Part shown: in pieces, positions 7,776-16,087 of the stretch
Layout: every line of letters begins with the position of its first letter
How positions within the stretch are numbered: the first letter of the stretch is position 1
Source: a virus
Lineage: Duplodnaviria > Caudoviricetes
DNA: 29,943 nucleotides
Strand: one strand, 5' to 3'
Virus record (IMG/VR): IMGVR_UViG_3300030045_000025
Coordinates: 1-29,943 of that record
Notes under the pieces: generated by a model
Told to the model about the DNA's origin: nothing
Database searches by the model: none
What the model saw: the letters and a program-made list of their open reading frames with translations, nothing else
Position numbers and translations under genes: made by a program

Positions 7776-8465
7776 ATGTCCATACCTCTTGACCCAGACA
7801 ACCTGCCGCCGGCCATGGACCAAGCGACGTTCTTGTACTCGCTGGAGCGGTATCGCGCGGGCGATGTCGCGGCCGGGCAGAGGATCGTGGAAGGGAATAT
7901 CCGGCTCGTCTACTACGTGGTTTCAAACCGGTATCGCTCGCTTCCCGCGTCCGACCGGGCGTGCGTGGAGTTCCGGGACCTTGTGCAGGAGGGAACTTTC
8001 GGACTCTACGACGCGATGCGACTCTACGACCCGAAGCGCGGGTTTAAATTCTCCACTTACGCGACCAGATGGATTTGGAAGTACGTCTATCTCGCGGTGG
8101 ACTGTGAGCGCCTGGATCCGTGTTCGACAATGTGGAGGCCGTCCTTTCTTCGTGATCCATCGGAAATTGATGATTACGAAGAGATGGCTGAGTCCGTGCC
8201 GGACACTGGCCCAGCAGTCCATGATTTGGCTGAAAGGCGCGTGGATTCCGCCACGACCGCGGTGGAAATCCGGGCGGCCGTGGCGAAATTACGCCCGGCC
8301 GAGGCGAAGGTCATCACGCTTCTGTACGGCCTGAGCGATGGAAAAACACGCACCCTGGTCGAAGTCGGCGCGATTATGGGCGTCTCGGACGAACGGGTCC
8401 GCGTGATCCGCAACCAGGGCGCCGCGCTACTCAAGTCGATGCTCTCCGACCCCCGCGATTGTTGA
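7776..8465 (+). CDS. Phage-encoded sigma70-family RNA polymerase sigma factor
   Basis: Region 2 AGDVAAGQRIVEGNIRLV...DLVQEGTFGLYDAMRLYDPKRGFKFSTYATRWI; region 4 LRPAEAKVITLLYGL...RTLVEVGAIMGVSDERVRVI. Confidence 0.93.
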   Translation: MSIPLDPDNLPPAMDQATFLYSLERYRAGDVAAGQRIVEGNIRLVYYVVSNRYRSLPASDRACVEFRDLVQEGTFGLYDAMRLYDPKRGFKFSTYATRWIWKYVYLAVDCERLDPCSTMWRPSFLRDPSEIDDYEEMAESVPDTGPAVHDLAERRVDSATTAVEIRAAVAKLRPAEAKVITLLYGLSDGKTRTLVEVGAIMGVSDERVRVIRNQGAALLKSMLSDPRDC

Positions 8466-8491
8466 TTGTGAAAATTCGCGCCCGTACAATG
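8461..8491 (+). promoter_or_regulatory. Promoter for portal
   Basis: TTGATT-17 nt-TACAAT, 5-8 nt before GTG/ATG; 22 of 31 nt identical to 11355-11385. Confidence 0.7.
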
Positions 8492-8495
8492 GGGC

Positions 8496-10262
8496 GTGAT
8501 GGCTCTCCCCAAAAGCGCACCCACACCCGTCAGCATTCCGGACAGAGACGCGACGGTAAATTCCCTGGTCCAGACGGCGGGCGCGCAGGGGATAAATGTC
8601 CAGCAGACCGACCCCCGGCTTGAATATGTCTCCGGCGGCTTCAGCGTCCCCACGTGGATGTGGCTGGCGCAACTCCCCACGCCCGACGACGACCTTGACA
8701 ACCTGATTGGCAACGACGTCTACGGGCGCATGGCGGCGGATGAGCAGATTTTCTCTTCAACGATGACGCTGGTCATGATGACGCTGCGCCGGAAGTTGAC
8801 GCTGCGGCCCGCCTATGCGGATCCAGAGAGAGACCCGGACGATTTTGACAACGGAATCCAGGTCCGTGATTTCTGCCGGCGCGCGCTGGACAATCTGGGC
8901 AAGCGGCACACCACGATTGATGACGTACTCGCGCAAATGTTGTGGGCGGCCATGCGGTTCGGCAACAACATGGCGGAAATCACCTACGAGCGCGGGACCG
9001 GCGAGGACGCGAACCGGTATTACTTCGCCAAAATCAAGCCCAAGAGCCGCCACAACACATTTTTCGTGGTGGACGTGTTTTTCAACTTCCTGGGCTTCGC
9101 GGTTTACACGGGGCCCTACGAGCAATGGCTCGCCGAGCTCACGCGCCTGGTGGAATCGACGGACGGCAAAAACACGCTGGTCACCACGGAGACGCTCCTC
9201 AATGCGCCGGCCAAGCAGATTGTGGATCCCGGCGCGGGCAAGCCGAAGATGGCCACCACGCCGCCGATTATGCCGATCCCGGCCATCTGGAATTTCGTCT
9301 CCCGCGAAAAGTTTGCCGTGCTTACCCTGCTGGACGAATTCGCCGATCCCCGCGGGCGCAGCTGGTGGCGGTCGATTTACAACCAGTGGTATTTGAAAAT
9401 GCACCGGCTGGAACAGGCGAACCTTTACGGTCGCCGGTTTGGCCTGCCCATCCCCATCGGCATTGCTTCGCCGACCGCGCCGGATCAATACCCTTTCAAT
9501 CCGGACGGCACCGTCAACACGAGCGCGCCCAAGATCACGGCTTCGCAAGCCCTCCTTCAGGTACTTCAGTTCATGCAGGCCGGAAATGCCGTCGCGGCGC
9601 CCGCTGGAACCATAATCACGCTTTCTCAAAACGTGAATGATGGCGGCTACCTCGCCGGCTCCATCGAGCAACACGACGCCGCGATTATCAAGGGAATCAC
9701 GTTCCAGAAGTTGGCGACCTCCGCGTCTCCGCACCAAGCCAAGGCGGCCGGCACGGTGCATGAAAACGTGCTCAATACGCCGGTCCACTACCTCAAGGAA
9801 AAAATCTGCCGGATGGTCAAATACGACATTCTGGCCCCGCTGGTGGAGCTCAACTTCGGCCCCGAGTTCCGCAAGTACATCCCTGAGCCGGACCTGGGCA
9901 AGATCGACAACGACGACCTTGTGCCGCTGCTGGTGGGCATCGGCCAGTTCATGGCGAACGGCGGCGGCCATTACTCCATGTTGCCGGAGCTGCAGAATTA
10001 CCTCGGGCTGCCGGAGTGCGATATTCGCCAATGGATGGAAGACATCAAGGCTGAAAAGGCGCTCCTGGTGGCGACGGGCACCCCTGACCCCGCGGGTGAC
10101 GGATCGCAGCCCGGAGGCGCCGGCGGGGGGCTGGATCAGGACGTTAAAAATCGCATTGGCCGCAACGCGGGCGAACGGGTCTCCAAAAAGGTTATGGGGC
10201 GCGACGGAGCCGGATTTTCGCGCCAAACGGAAGCTGTTCCGGTTAACGAGGTGGAAGCATGA
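8496..10262 (+). CDS. Portal protein (DUF935 / Mu gp29-like)
   Basis: Position after TerL; YGRMAADEQI, AMRFGNNMAEITY, DPRGRSWWRSIYNQWYLK...RRFGLPIPIG, AGTVHENV, LAPLVELNFG; start 8496 (GTG) or 8499 (ATG). Confidence 0.88.
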   Translation: MMALPKSAPTPVSIPDRDATVNSLVQTAGAQGINVQQTDPRLEYVSGGFSVPTWMWLAQLPTPDDDLDNLIGNDVYGRMAADEQIFSSTMTLVMMTLRRKLTLRPAYADPERDPDDFDNGIQVRDFCRRALDNLGKRHTTIDDVLAQMLWAAMRFGNNMAEITYERGTGEDANRYYFAKIKPKSRHNTFFVVDVFFNFLGFAVYTGPYEQWLAELTRLVESTDGKNTLVTTETLLNAPAKQIVDPGAGKPKMATTPPIMPIPAIWNFVSREKFAVLTLLDEFADPRGRSWWRSIYNQWYLKMHRLEQANLYGRRFGLPIPIGIASPTAPDQYPFNPDGTVNTSAPKITASQALLQVLQFMQAGNAVAAPAGTIITLSQNVNDGGYLAGSIEQHDAAIIKGITFQKLATSASPHQAKAAGTVHENVLNTPVHYLKEKICRMVKYDILAPLVELNFGPEFRKYIPEPDLGKIDNDDLVPLLVGIGQFMANGGGHYSMLPELQNYLGLPECDIRQWMEDIKAEKALLVATGTPDPAGDGSQPGGAGGGLDQDVKNRIGRNAGERVSKKVMGRDGAGFSRQTEAVPVNEVEA

Positions 10263-10609
10263 AATTTGATTTCTTCGCGCAGTTCCCGCCTTGTGCATCA
10301 CTCCCGGCCGAGCAAGAGGCGAAGCGCATCCCGGACATGGAAGAGGGCGACGACGGATGGGTTTCTCAGTACGCCATCGAAATTCTTCCCGACAAAAGGG
10401 CGTGCGTTGACCTCGCGTATCGCCTGCTTGACGAAGAGCACCGGGACGCCCTGACCCCGATCTTTTTGATTCGCCGGAAGCACGGCTTCGAGGTTCATGT
10501 GCCCTGCGACCTGATCTTTTTTCCGCGGAAGACCTGGGCCGAGATTGAAGACCTCGAGCTCGCTCCCGTCGTGAAGTGGCAAATCACCCAATCGGTTTTG
10601 AACCTTTGA
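10259..10609 (+). CDS. Hypothetical protein (116 aa) between portal and protease
   Basis: ATGA overlap with the portal stop, GAGGTGG RBS; fills the gap; preceded by the repeated motif at 10225-10242. Confidence 0.7.
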   Translation: MKFDFFAQFPPCASLPAEQEAKRIPDMEEGDDGWVSQYAIEILPDKRACVDLAYRLLDEEHRDALTPIFLIRRKHGFEVHVPCDLIFFPRKTWAEIEDLELAPVVKWQITQSVLNL

Positions 10610-10616
10610 GGAACTT

Positions 10617-12023
10617 ATGAGCAAATACGAAGGCCCTTTCAAGGCCAAAAACGGCCCGGTTTTCCGCGCCGGAGACTACAGCGACAAGGGTATCGGCGTC
10701 GTCACCGAGGCCGATTTGTATGCCATCGCCAAGGCCAGCAACGCCCCGGCGCCGGTCAATTATGAGCACATCCCGGGCCTTCTGGACGGCAAGCTGGGCG
10801 ACGTGCACAGCTTTCGCGTGGAAGATGACCCGGAGACCGGCGAGAAGGCCATCTTCGCCACGTGGGAGGAGCCGGAGCCGCTCGCACTCCTCCTGGGCGA
10901 TTCTCATCGCACCGTGAGTGCGGAATTCACCGATTGGCGCACCCGGAAAATTGAAGCCGTGGCGCTGGCCATCGACCCGCGCATTGACGGCGCGGCCTTT
11001 TTCACCAAGGCGCCGGCGGCCTACGCGGCGTTCTCCCAGGGGCGCGGCGTGCAACCGCTCGCTTTCGCATTCAGGTCCAAGGGTGAGCAGGACGCGGCAG
11101 GGGATCAGGACATGGGCGATCCCGACAACAAGCTCTTCCCGGCGCGCACGGCCGAGGAGCGCGACCAGTCCATGAGCCAGTTGCACCGCGCCAAGGATCC
11201 CACAAAGGTCCGGGACCGGTTGGAGAAAATCGCCAAGCGCAAAAAGTTCCCGCCCTACCGCGATTACGCCTATCCGACCCGAGGCGTCTCCGTGGCTCAC
11301 GAGGAGCCGGACGCGGACGATATGACCGCCAGTTTCAACTCCGGCGCTCCGCGTGTTGGGAAACAAAATGATCGCCCGTACAATGACGGTTCAGAACAGA
11401 GGAACAAAATGCCCCAAGAAGCCACCGCCGAAGAAATCGGTCTTGCCGTCAAATTCGGGAAAGCCTTGCGCTCCCTTTTCGTGTCCGAGGAAGGCGCCGG
11501 CGGCGCTTCGGGCGCCCCGGCTGCCGCCAAATCCGCGAACGAACTGGCCCTCGAAGCCCGTCTCGCGACCCTGGAGGCGGAAGCTGAATCCGCCAAGTCC
11601 GCCGCGTTCTCGAATAGCGACGCGGCCCGCGCCACTCGCGCCAACGAAATCGCGGTGCGGCTGCTCGATGAGAACCGCATTATTCCGGCGCAATTGGAAT
11701 CGGTCAAGGCGGATTTCAAGCGGGCGCTTGACGACGACGCCAAGAGCGAGAACCGCGTGACCTTCTCGGTGGGCAAAGGCGACCAAGCGAAGAGCGTGCC
11801 CCTCACCCGCGCCGAATCCCTGGAGGCTGTCTACAGCGGCCTTCCGAGCCACAACCTCACCGGCGAGACCGTCCGCGAACTCCCGGCCCAGTCTCAGGTG
11901 ATCTTTAGCCGAGAGACCACACCGGTCAAGGGCGCGAAGAAAGAGGGGCCGGTCAATGAGGATCTCGTGACCGCCGAAGTCGAACGCCTCACCGGCAAGA
12001 AGCCACGCGCCGCACGCAATTAA
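10617..12023 (+). CDS. Mu I-like prohead protease with C-terminal scaffolding domain
   Basis: PVFRAGDY, APVNYEH (His), HRTVSAEF (Ser), AVAL..DP; Ala/Glu-rich coiled-coil C-terminal half with RIIPAQ; GAGGA RBS. Confidence 0.82.
   Translation: MSKYEGPFKAKNGPVFRAGDYSDKGIGVVTEADLYAIAKASNAPAPVNYEHIPGLLDGKLGDVHSFRVEDDPETGEKAIFATWEEPEPLALLLGDSHRTVSAEFTDWRTRKIEAVALAIDPRIDGAAFFTKAPAAYAAFSQGRGVQPLAFAFRSKGEQDAAGDQDMGDPDNKLFPARTAEERDQSMSQLHRAKDPTKVRDRLEKIAKRKKFPPYRDYAYPTRGVSVAHEEPDADDMTASFNSGAPRVGKQNDRPYNDGSEQRNKMPQEATAEEIGLAVKFGKALRSLFVSEEGAGGASGAPAAAKSANELALEARLATLEAEAESAKSAAFSNSDAARATRANEIAVRLLDENRIIPAQLESVKADFKRALDDDAKSENRVTFSVGKGDQAKSVPLTRAESLEAVYSGLPSHNLTGETVRELPAQSQVIFSRETTPVKGAKKEGPVNEDLVTAEVERLTGKKPRAARN
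11355..11385 (+). promoter_or_regulatory. Internal promoter for scaffold/decoration/capsid genes
   Basis: TTGGGA-17 nt-TACAAT in a locally A-rich patch within the protease CDS; matches 8461-8491. Confidence 0.65.
11409..12023 (+). CDS. Nested in-frame scaffolding protein (Mu Z-like, 204 aa)
   Basis: AGAGGA RBS before in-frame ATG 11409 (MPQEATAEE), 24 nt after the internal -10. Confidence 0.65.
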   Translation: MPQEATAEEIGLAVKFGKALRSLFVSEEGAGGASGAPAAAKSANELALEARLATLEAEAESAKSAAFSNSDAARATRANEIAVRLLDENRIIPAQLESVKADFKRALDDDAKSENRVTFSVGKGDQAKSVPLTRAESLEAVYSGLPSHNLTGETVRELPAQSQVIFSRETTPVKGAKKEGPVNEDLVTAEVERLTGKKPRAARN

Positions 12024-12076
12024 TCAACCTCCGGCATCGCCGAGAGACATAGCGAACCTTCCCCGGAGGGAATACC

Positions 12077-12829
12077 ATGGCCCAGCGTCTACTCCAAGCA
12101 CAAAACCCCAGCAAGATCGAGCCGGCACTTTATCCGGACGATGCGCGCACCATCGCCGTGGCGCTGGCCGCGAGCATTTCCCAGACCGCGCGGGGAACCA
12201 TCCTCGCGCAGAACTCCACTTCGGGGCTCTACAACGCCTATGCGTCCGCCGTGCTCGCGGCGCCCACCACGGCGCTGACGCTCACCCCGACCGGCAGCGA
12301 CGGCACGCTGCCCACCGGCGTTTACCAGGTGGCCTACACGCTGGTCGATGCCGCCGGCAATGAGACCACGATCAATACGCCGGCCTCGGTGACCGTGGGT
12401 TCCACCAATCATATCGCGATCACAGCGATCACGCCCCTCCCGGCCGGTGCAGCTTCCGCCAACATCTACATCACGGACCCGGCCGGCGGAATCTTCCACC
12501 AGGTTTTCTCCGGTTGGACCGGCGCGGCGCACAGCATCACGGCACCGGTTTACGGTGGCCAGCGGGAGCCGATTTACAACAAAGCCGTTTCCGGCGTCGC
12601 GATTGCCATGTTCGATTTCTCCACGGATGCGAGCGGCAATGTGTTCATCGGTCAGAACGTGAACGAAACCGGAATCTATTCCGATGCCAAGCCGACGTTG
12701 CAGTGCTACCACCGCGGCTATTTCAACATCAGCGACTTGCAGGCCGGCGCCGCCGCGATTCTGCAGGGCCTCATCCCCGGAGTCCGGTTCATCAGTTCCG
12801 GATCCACGCAAATCGTTCTCATCCCGTAA
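12077..12829 (+). CDS. Head decoration protein (lambda gpD-like) with inserted beta-rich domain
   Basis: Directly upstream of the capsid gene; RGTILAQNSTSGLYNAY...GVAIAMFD...YHRGYFNISDL; insert GTLPTGVYQVAYTLVDAAGNET; GGAGG RBS. Confidence 0.72.
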   Translation: MAQRLLQAQNPSKIEPALYPDDARTIAVALAASISQTARGTILAQNSTSGLYNAYASAVLAAPTTALTLTPTGSDGTLPTGVYQVAYTLVDAAGNETTINTPASVTVGSTNHIAITAITPLPAGAASANIYITDPAGGIFHQVFSGWTGAAHSITAPVYGGQREPIYNKAVSGVAIAMFDFSTDASGNVFIGQNVNETGIYSDAKPTLQCYHRGYFNISDLQAGAAAILQGLIPGVRFISSGSTQIVLIP

Positions 12830-12880
12830 CTCCGGCCGCAAACCGGAAGCTGTTCCGTTTGACTCTGAGGAAAAACTACC

Positions 12881-13936
12881 ATGACAGTCGTATACGTCTA
12901 CGAACCCCAAGCCACTTACCAGCGGATCGCCGCCGAACTGGTGCCGAACCTCCTGGAAGAGGAAGCACTCAGCGACTTCTTCCCCCTGGAGAACATCCAG
13001 CGCACGCGGCTGATCTGGACTCAGGATGACAACCAGACCGGCATCATGAGCCTGCGCGGCGAAGGCGGTTCGCCGACCAACACGTCTCGCATCGGCCAGA
13101 AGAGCTATGAGGCCACCCCCGGGTTCTTCGGCAACTTCCTGACCCTCGGCGAAACCGAGCTCATGGAGCGCACCGGAACCGGCAACTTCGACGGACTCAA
13201 CGTGGATATCAACGTCCACGACCTGGTGGCCGCCGATCAGGGGCGCCTCGCCGTGCAATACCGCTGGCGCTGGAAACAGATGATGGGCACGCTGCTCAAT
13301 ACGGGCACCCTGACCATCAACCTGCCGGACGGTTCGCCGGGCTACAGCACCAGCTACACCCAGCAGACGTTTTCGCCGGGCACCGCATGGACCACTCACG
13401 CGAGCGCGACTCCGCTGCTTGATCTGATGAATCTGCAGATCAATTACGGTCGCGGAACCAGCAACGATTTTGGTAGTCGCGCCACGGCTTATATGAGCTC
13501 CAAGACCTTTCAGGACTTGCGGTTCAACAGTAACAGCGCGGACCTTTACGGGCGCTTCCCCACCACCACGCCACTCGCCATGCGTTCGCTCAAGGACGTC
13601 AACGAAATCCTCCTGGCGTCCGGTGCCCCGCAGGTCAAGATCGTGGAGACGGGCTACCTGAATGCTTCCGGCACTTGGGTATTGGACTTCCCGGATGGCG
13701 TGGTCCAGGTTCTGGCCGCTCGCCCCACCGGCGAGAAGCCGGGCGCGGCCATCATGACGAAGAACGCGCTCAATCCGGGCATGGCCCCGGGCGTGTACTC
13801 CTTCGTCAACGACTTCCAGAACGCGGTGGGCGGCGTTCGCATCGCGATCCCGCCCCGTATTGATGTTCACATGGGCTTCAACGGGGGCGCCGTGATGAAG
13901 CGGACCCTCCAGGTTGTCACCATCACTTCGGCGTAA
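12881..13936 (+). CDS. Major capsid protein (lambda gpE-like, HK97 fold)
   Basis: 351 aa; LSDFFP, RWKQMMGTLLNTG, WTTHASATPLLDL, AYMSSKTFQDL; position after decoration gene; GAGGA RBS. Confidence 0.88.
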   Translation: MTVVYVYEPQATYQRIAAELVPNLLEEEALSDFFPLENIQRTRLIWTQDDNQTGIMSLRGEGGSPTNTSRIGQKSYEATPGFFGNFLTLGETELMERTGTGNFDGLNVDINVHDLVAADQGRLAVQYRWRWKQMMGTLLNTGTLTINLPDGSPGYSTSYTQQTFSPGTAWTTHASATPLLDLMNLQINYGRGTSNDFGSRATAYMSSKTFQDLRFNSNSADLYGRFPTTTPLAMRSLKDVNEILLASGAPQVKIVETGYLNASGTWVLDFPDGVVQVLAARPTGEKPGAAIMTKNALNPGMAPGVYSFVNDFQNAVGGVRIAIPPRIDVHMGFNGGAVMKRTLQVVTITSA

Positions 13937-13970
13937 CAACCGTCCATCCTCACCCCCAAGGATCAAAACT

Positions 13971-14297
13971 ATGGCCTATTATCAAGTTCTGGTTACCAAA
14001 CTCGGTAACTTCGAAGACAAGAAGAACGGAGGGTTTTTCTCCCTGAACAAGGGAGATGAGCTCTCCGAGCAGGATTTCAAAGACCTGGGCATCAGCGATT
14101 TGAGCTTCCACCTCCGCACCAACGCCATCGCCAAAGTGCGCACCCCGGGCGAACCGGCCGAGCCGGAAGGCAATCGCCCCGCGTTCACGCCGATCAACCC
14201 GAACACGCCCGCCGTCCCGGATGGCGTGCTCGACAAGGCGCCCGTGGTGCAGACCTCGCGAGACGCGGCCACTGCACTCAACCAATCGAGCAAGTAA
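13971..14297 (+). CDS. Small capsid-adjacent protein (108 aa)
   Basis: AAGGA RBS; KGDEL...HLRTNAIAKV followed by a Pro-rich tail, typical of small genes after capsid genes. Confidence 0.7.
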   Translation: MAYYQVLVTKLGNFEDKKNGGFFSLNKGDELSEQDFKDLGISDLSFHLRTNAIAKVRTPGEPAEPEGNRPAFTPINPNTPAVPDGVLDKAPVVQTSRDAATALNQSSK

Positions 14298-14318
14298 CCC
14301 AACCGGTAGAGTCACATC

Positions 14319-14349
14319 AAAGCGCGCGTCCACCCGGGCGCGCGCTTTT
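14319..14349 (+). terminator. Intrinsic terminator after head genes
   Basis: AAAGCGCGCGTCC-ACCC-GGGCGCGCGCTTTT stem-loop with T tract. Confidence 0.75.
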
Positions 14350-14360
14350 CCCTTATCGCC

Positions 14361-14873
14361 ATGTCCGCCACCTACGACCTCACCCGGCTCTCGATCCTGG
14401 ACGAAATCCGCGCCCTGGTGGGCGACAACGCCACGGATGGCGTGGACACGACGGTGACGGACCCGGTTTTCCCCGACGAATATATCAACGGAATCCTCAC
14501 CCTCAAGGGCGACACCCGCTACGCGGCCTTTCAAATCGTCTCATCTTACGCCCAGTATTGGCAGCAACAGGCACGGCGGTTCTCGGACAGCATCACAAAC
14601 ATTGAATTCTCCGACCGTGCCGGGGAACTAACCCGGATCGCGACGGCGATTTGGGACTTTCAAATCATCCTTGGCCAAACGAGCGCCAGCCGCGGTATGC
14701 AGTTCGGGCCGATGGTGGCAGGCGGCAACGTCAAAATCGATCCGGCAACCGGGCTTGTGACCAGCGCGAACCCCTGTGGCAACACGGGCTACGAGAGTAG
14801 CCTGTGGAATTGGTTCGGCACCTTTGGCTTGAACCCTTGGCGCAACGCCATGTGGGAAGGGTGGGGAGCGTAA
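14361..14873 (+). CDS. Head-to-tail adaptor (putative)
   Basis: LDEIRALVGD...PVFPDEYINGIL helical pattern; position first in the neck module. Confidence 0.7.
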   Translation: MSATYDLTRLSILDEIRALVGDNATDGVDTTVTDPVFPDEYINGILTLKGDTRYAAFQIVSSYAQYWQQQARRFSDSITNIEFSDRAGELTRIATAIWDFQIILGQTSASRGMQFGPMVAGGNVKIDPATGLVTSANPCGNTGYESSLWNWFGTFGLNPWRNAMWEGWGA

Positions 14874-15542
14874 ATGCCCAACGTCTACGCCGACATTCAG
14901 CGGCAGGTCACGAATCTGCGCACTCAGGTTTCCCCCGGCACCGGCTCCGATATCGTCCAAGTGTGGCGCCGGCCGATTGCTGGTGCGCCCGTGGCTGGAG
15001 GCGCCGGCGTGGACAAATTCGGCGCGAGGCTCACCCGGGGCACCGATGGGACGCGGCCCGACCAAATGTACTTGCTGGCCGGGACCTACTACGCCAACCA
15101 GGGCGCGAAGAAACAGGCCAAGGATGAGCAGTGGGAAGACCAGCCCGTGGACGTGGTTCCGTGGGTTTTCATCTTCGGAGAGGGCGATAGTCCGGACGTC
15201 CGCATGGCGGATTACCTGACGATCGCGCCCAAGTACGCACCCCTCCAGCTTCTGGCCGGGATTGGCTGGCAGCCGTCGCAGTCCTACGCGGTGGGCCAAT
15301 ACGAGCAGCCGGCCACGAGCGCGAAGATCATGGCGAACCGGCTGTCGTACCAATGCACCACGGCGGGAACCACGGGCGCGAGTGAACCGGCGTGGCCCAC
15401 GACGCTGGGCGCGACGGTGACGGATGGCGGCGTGGTCTGGACGGCGGTTGCCCCATTGTCCATTTTTCAGGTAACCAACCCGAGCGCGCCTTCCACGTTC
15501 GCGGTGAATCGCGCTGTGATGTGCGAGCAGGTATTCAGCTAA
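14874..15542 (+). CDS. Head-closure/stopper-position protein with CBM5/12-like insertion
   Basis: Synteny; DVRMADYLTI...insert WQPSQSYAVG...YQCTTAGTTGASEPAWPTTLGATVTDGGVVW...FQVTNP. Confidence 0.6.
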   Translation: MPNVYADIQRQVTNLRTQVSPGTGSDIVQVWRRPIAGAPVAGGAGVDKFGARLTRGTDGTRPDQMYLLAGTYYANQGAKKQAKDEQWEDQPVDVVPWVFIFGEGDSPDVRMADYLTIAPKYAPLQLLAGIGWQPSQSYAVGQYEQPATSAKIMANRLSYQCTTAGTTGASEPAWPTTLGATVTDGGVVWTAVAPLSIFQVTNPSAPSTFAVNRAVMCEQVFS

Positions 15543-16087
15543 TGCCCTCTTCTCGCATCATCGTCACCACGAACCGGATCAGCGAGGTTCGCGCGCAGTT
15601 GCGCGGCGAGTTCGCGCGACGGATCGGCACCGCGGCGGAAGCGATGCGGGACGATTTGCGGGAGAGCTTCGAAGGCGGCGACCTGCCCCTCCAGCCGGAT
15701 ACTACGGCCCTCGCGCAAAGCCTGGCGGTCCAGGGGACGACGGGCACGGGCATCGAGGGAGATTTCTCGGAGCGAGTTGACGCCGCGCGCGAGGCATACA
15801 CCTCCGGGGACTCGCGCTGGGAGCAACCGGTCCGGGACACGGTAACCCGCATGGCATACACGGAGGAGCATTTCGAGGCGCGCGTAGCCTCGTCTCCGGA
15901 GGAAATCAGCGACGATGACGGCGTGATCCGAGCGGCGGTGTATACGATGCTGGCTTACGGGATCTTCTGGGAGTTCGGGCACAACAATGTTTACACGGGC
16001 CGCTACGAAGAAAGGGCGTGGATGTTGCCTTTCGTTTTGAACTGGTGGGCCACGCACGCCGAAGAGCATTTCGCGGGGATGGTTTAA
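15542..16087 (+). CDS. Neck / tail-completion protein (HK97 gp10-like)
   Basis: TAATG overlap; PDTTALAQSL and YGIFWEFGH...ERAWMLP resemble the gp10-family DTG.L..SI and YA..VEFG...RPF..P motifs. Confidence 0.68.
   Translation: MPSSRIIVTTNRISEVRAQLRGEFARRIGTAAEAMRDDLRESFEGGDLPLQPDTTALAQSLAVQGTTGTGIEGDFSERVDAAREAYTSGDSRWEQPVRDTVTRMAYTEEHFEARVASSPEEISDDDGVIRAAVYTMLAYGIFWEFGHNNVYTGRYEERAWMLPFVLNWWATHAEEHFAGMV

Noticed and set aside
10225-10242. Repeated motif read as a LexA box or ECF promoter
   Set aside because: GGAA-N4-TTCC does not match GAAC-N4-GTTC or CTGT-N8-ACAG, and most copies lack a shared -10 at promoter spacing; an uncharacterised host regulator is not excluded
8757-13966. Long minus-strand ORFs 8757-10301 and 12089-13966
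   Set aside because: Antisense shadows expected from strong GC3 bias in portal, decoration and capsid genes
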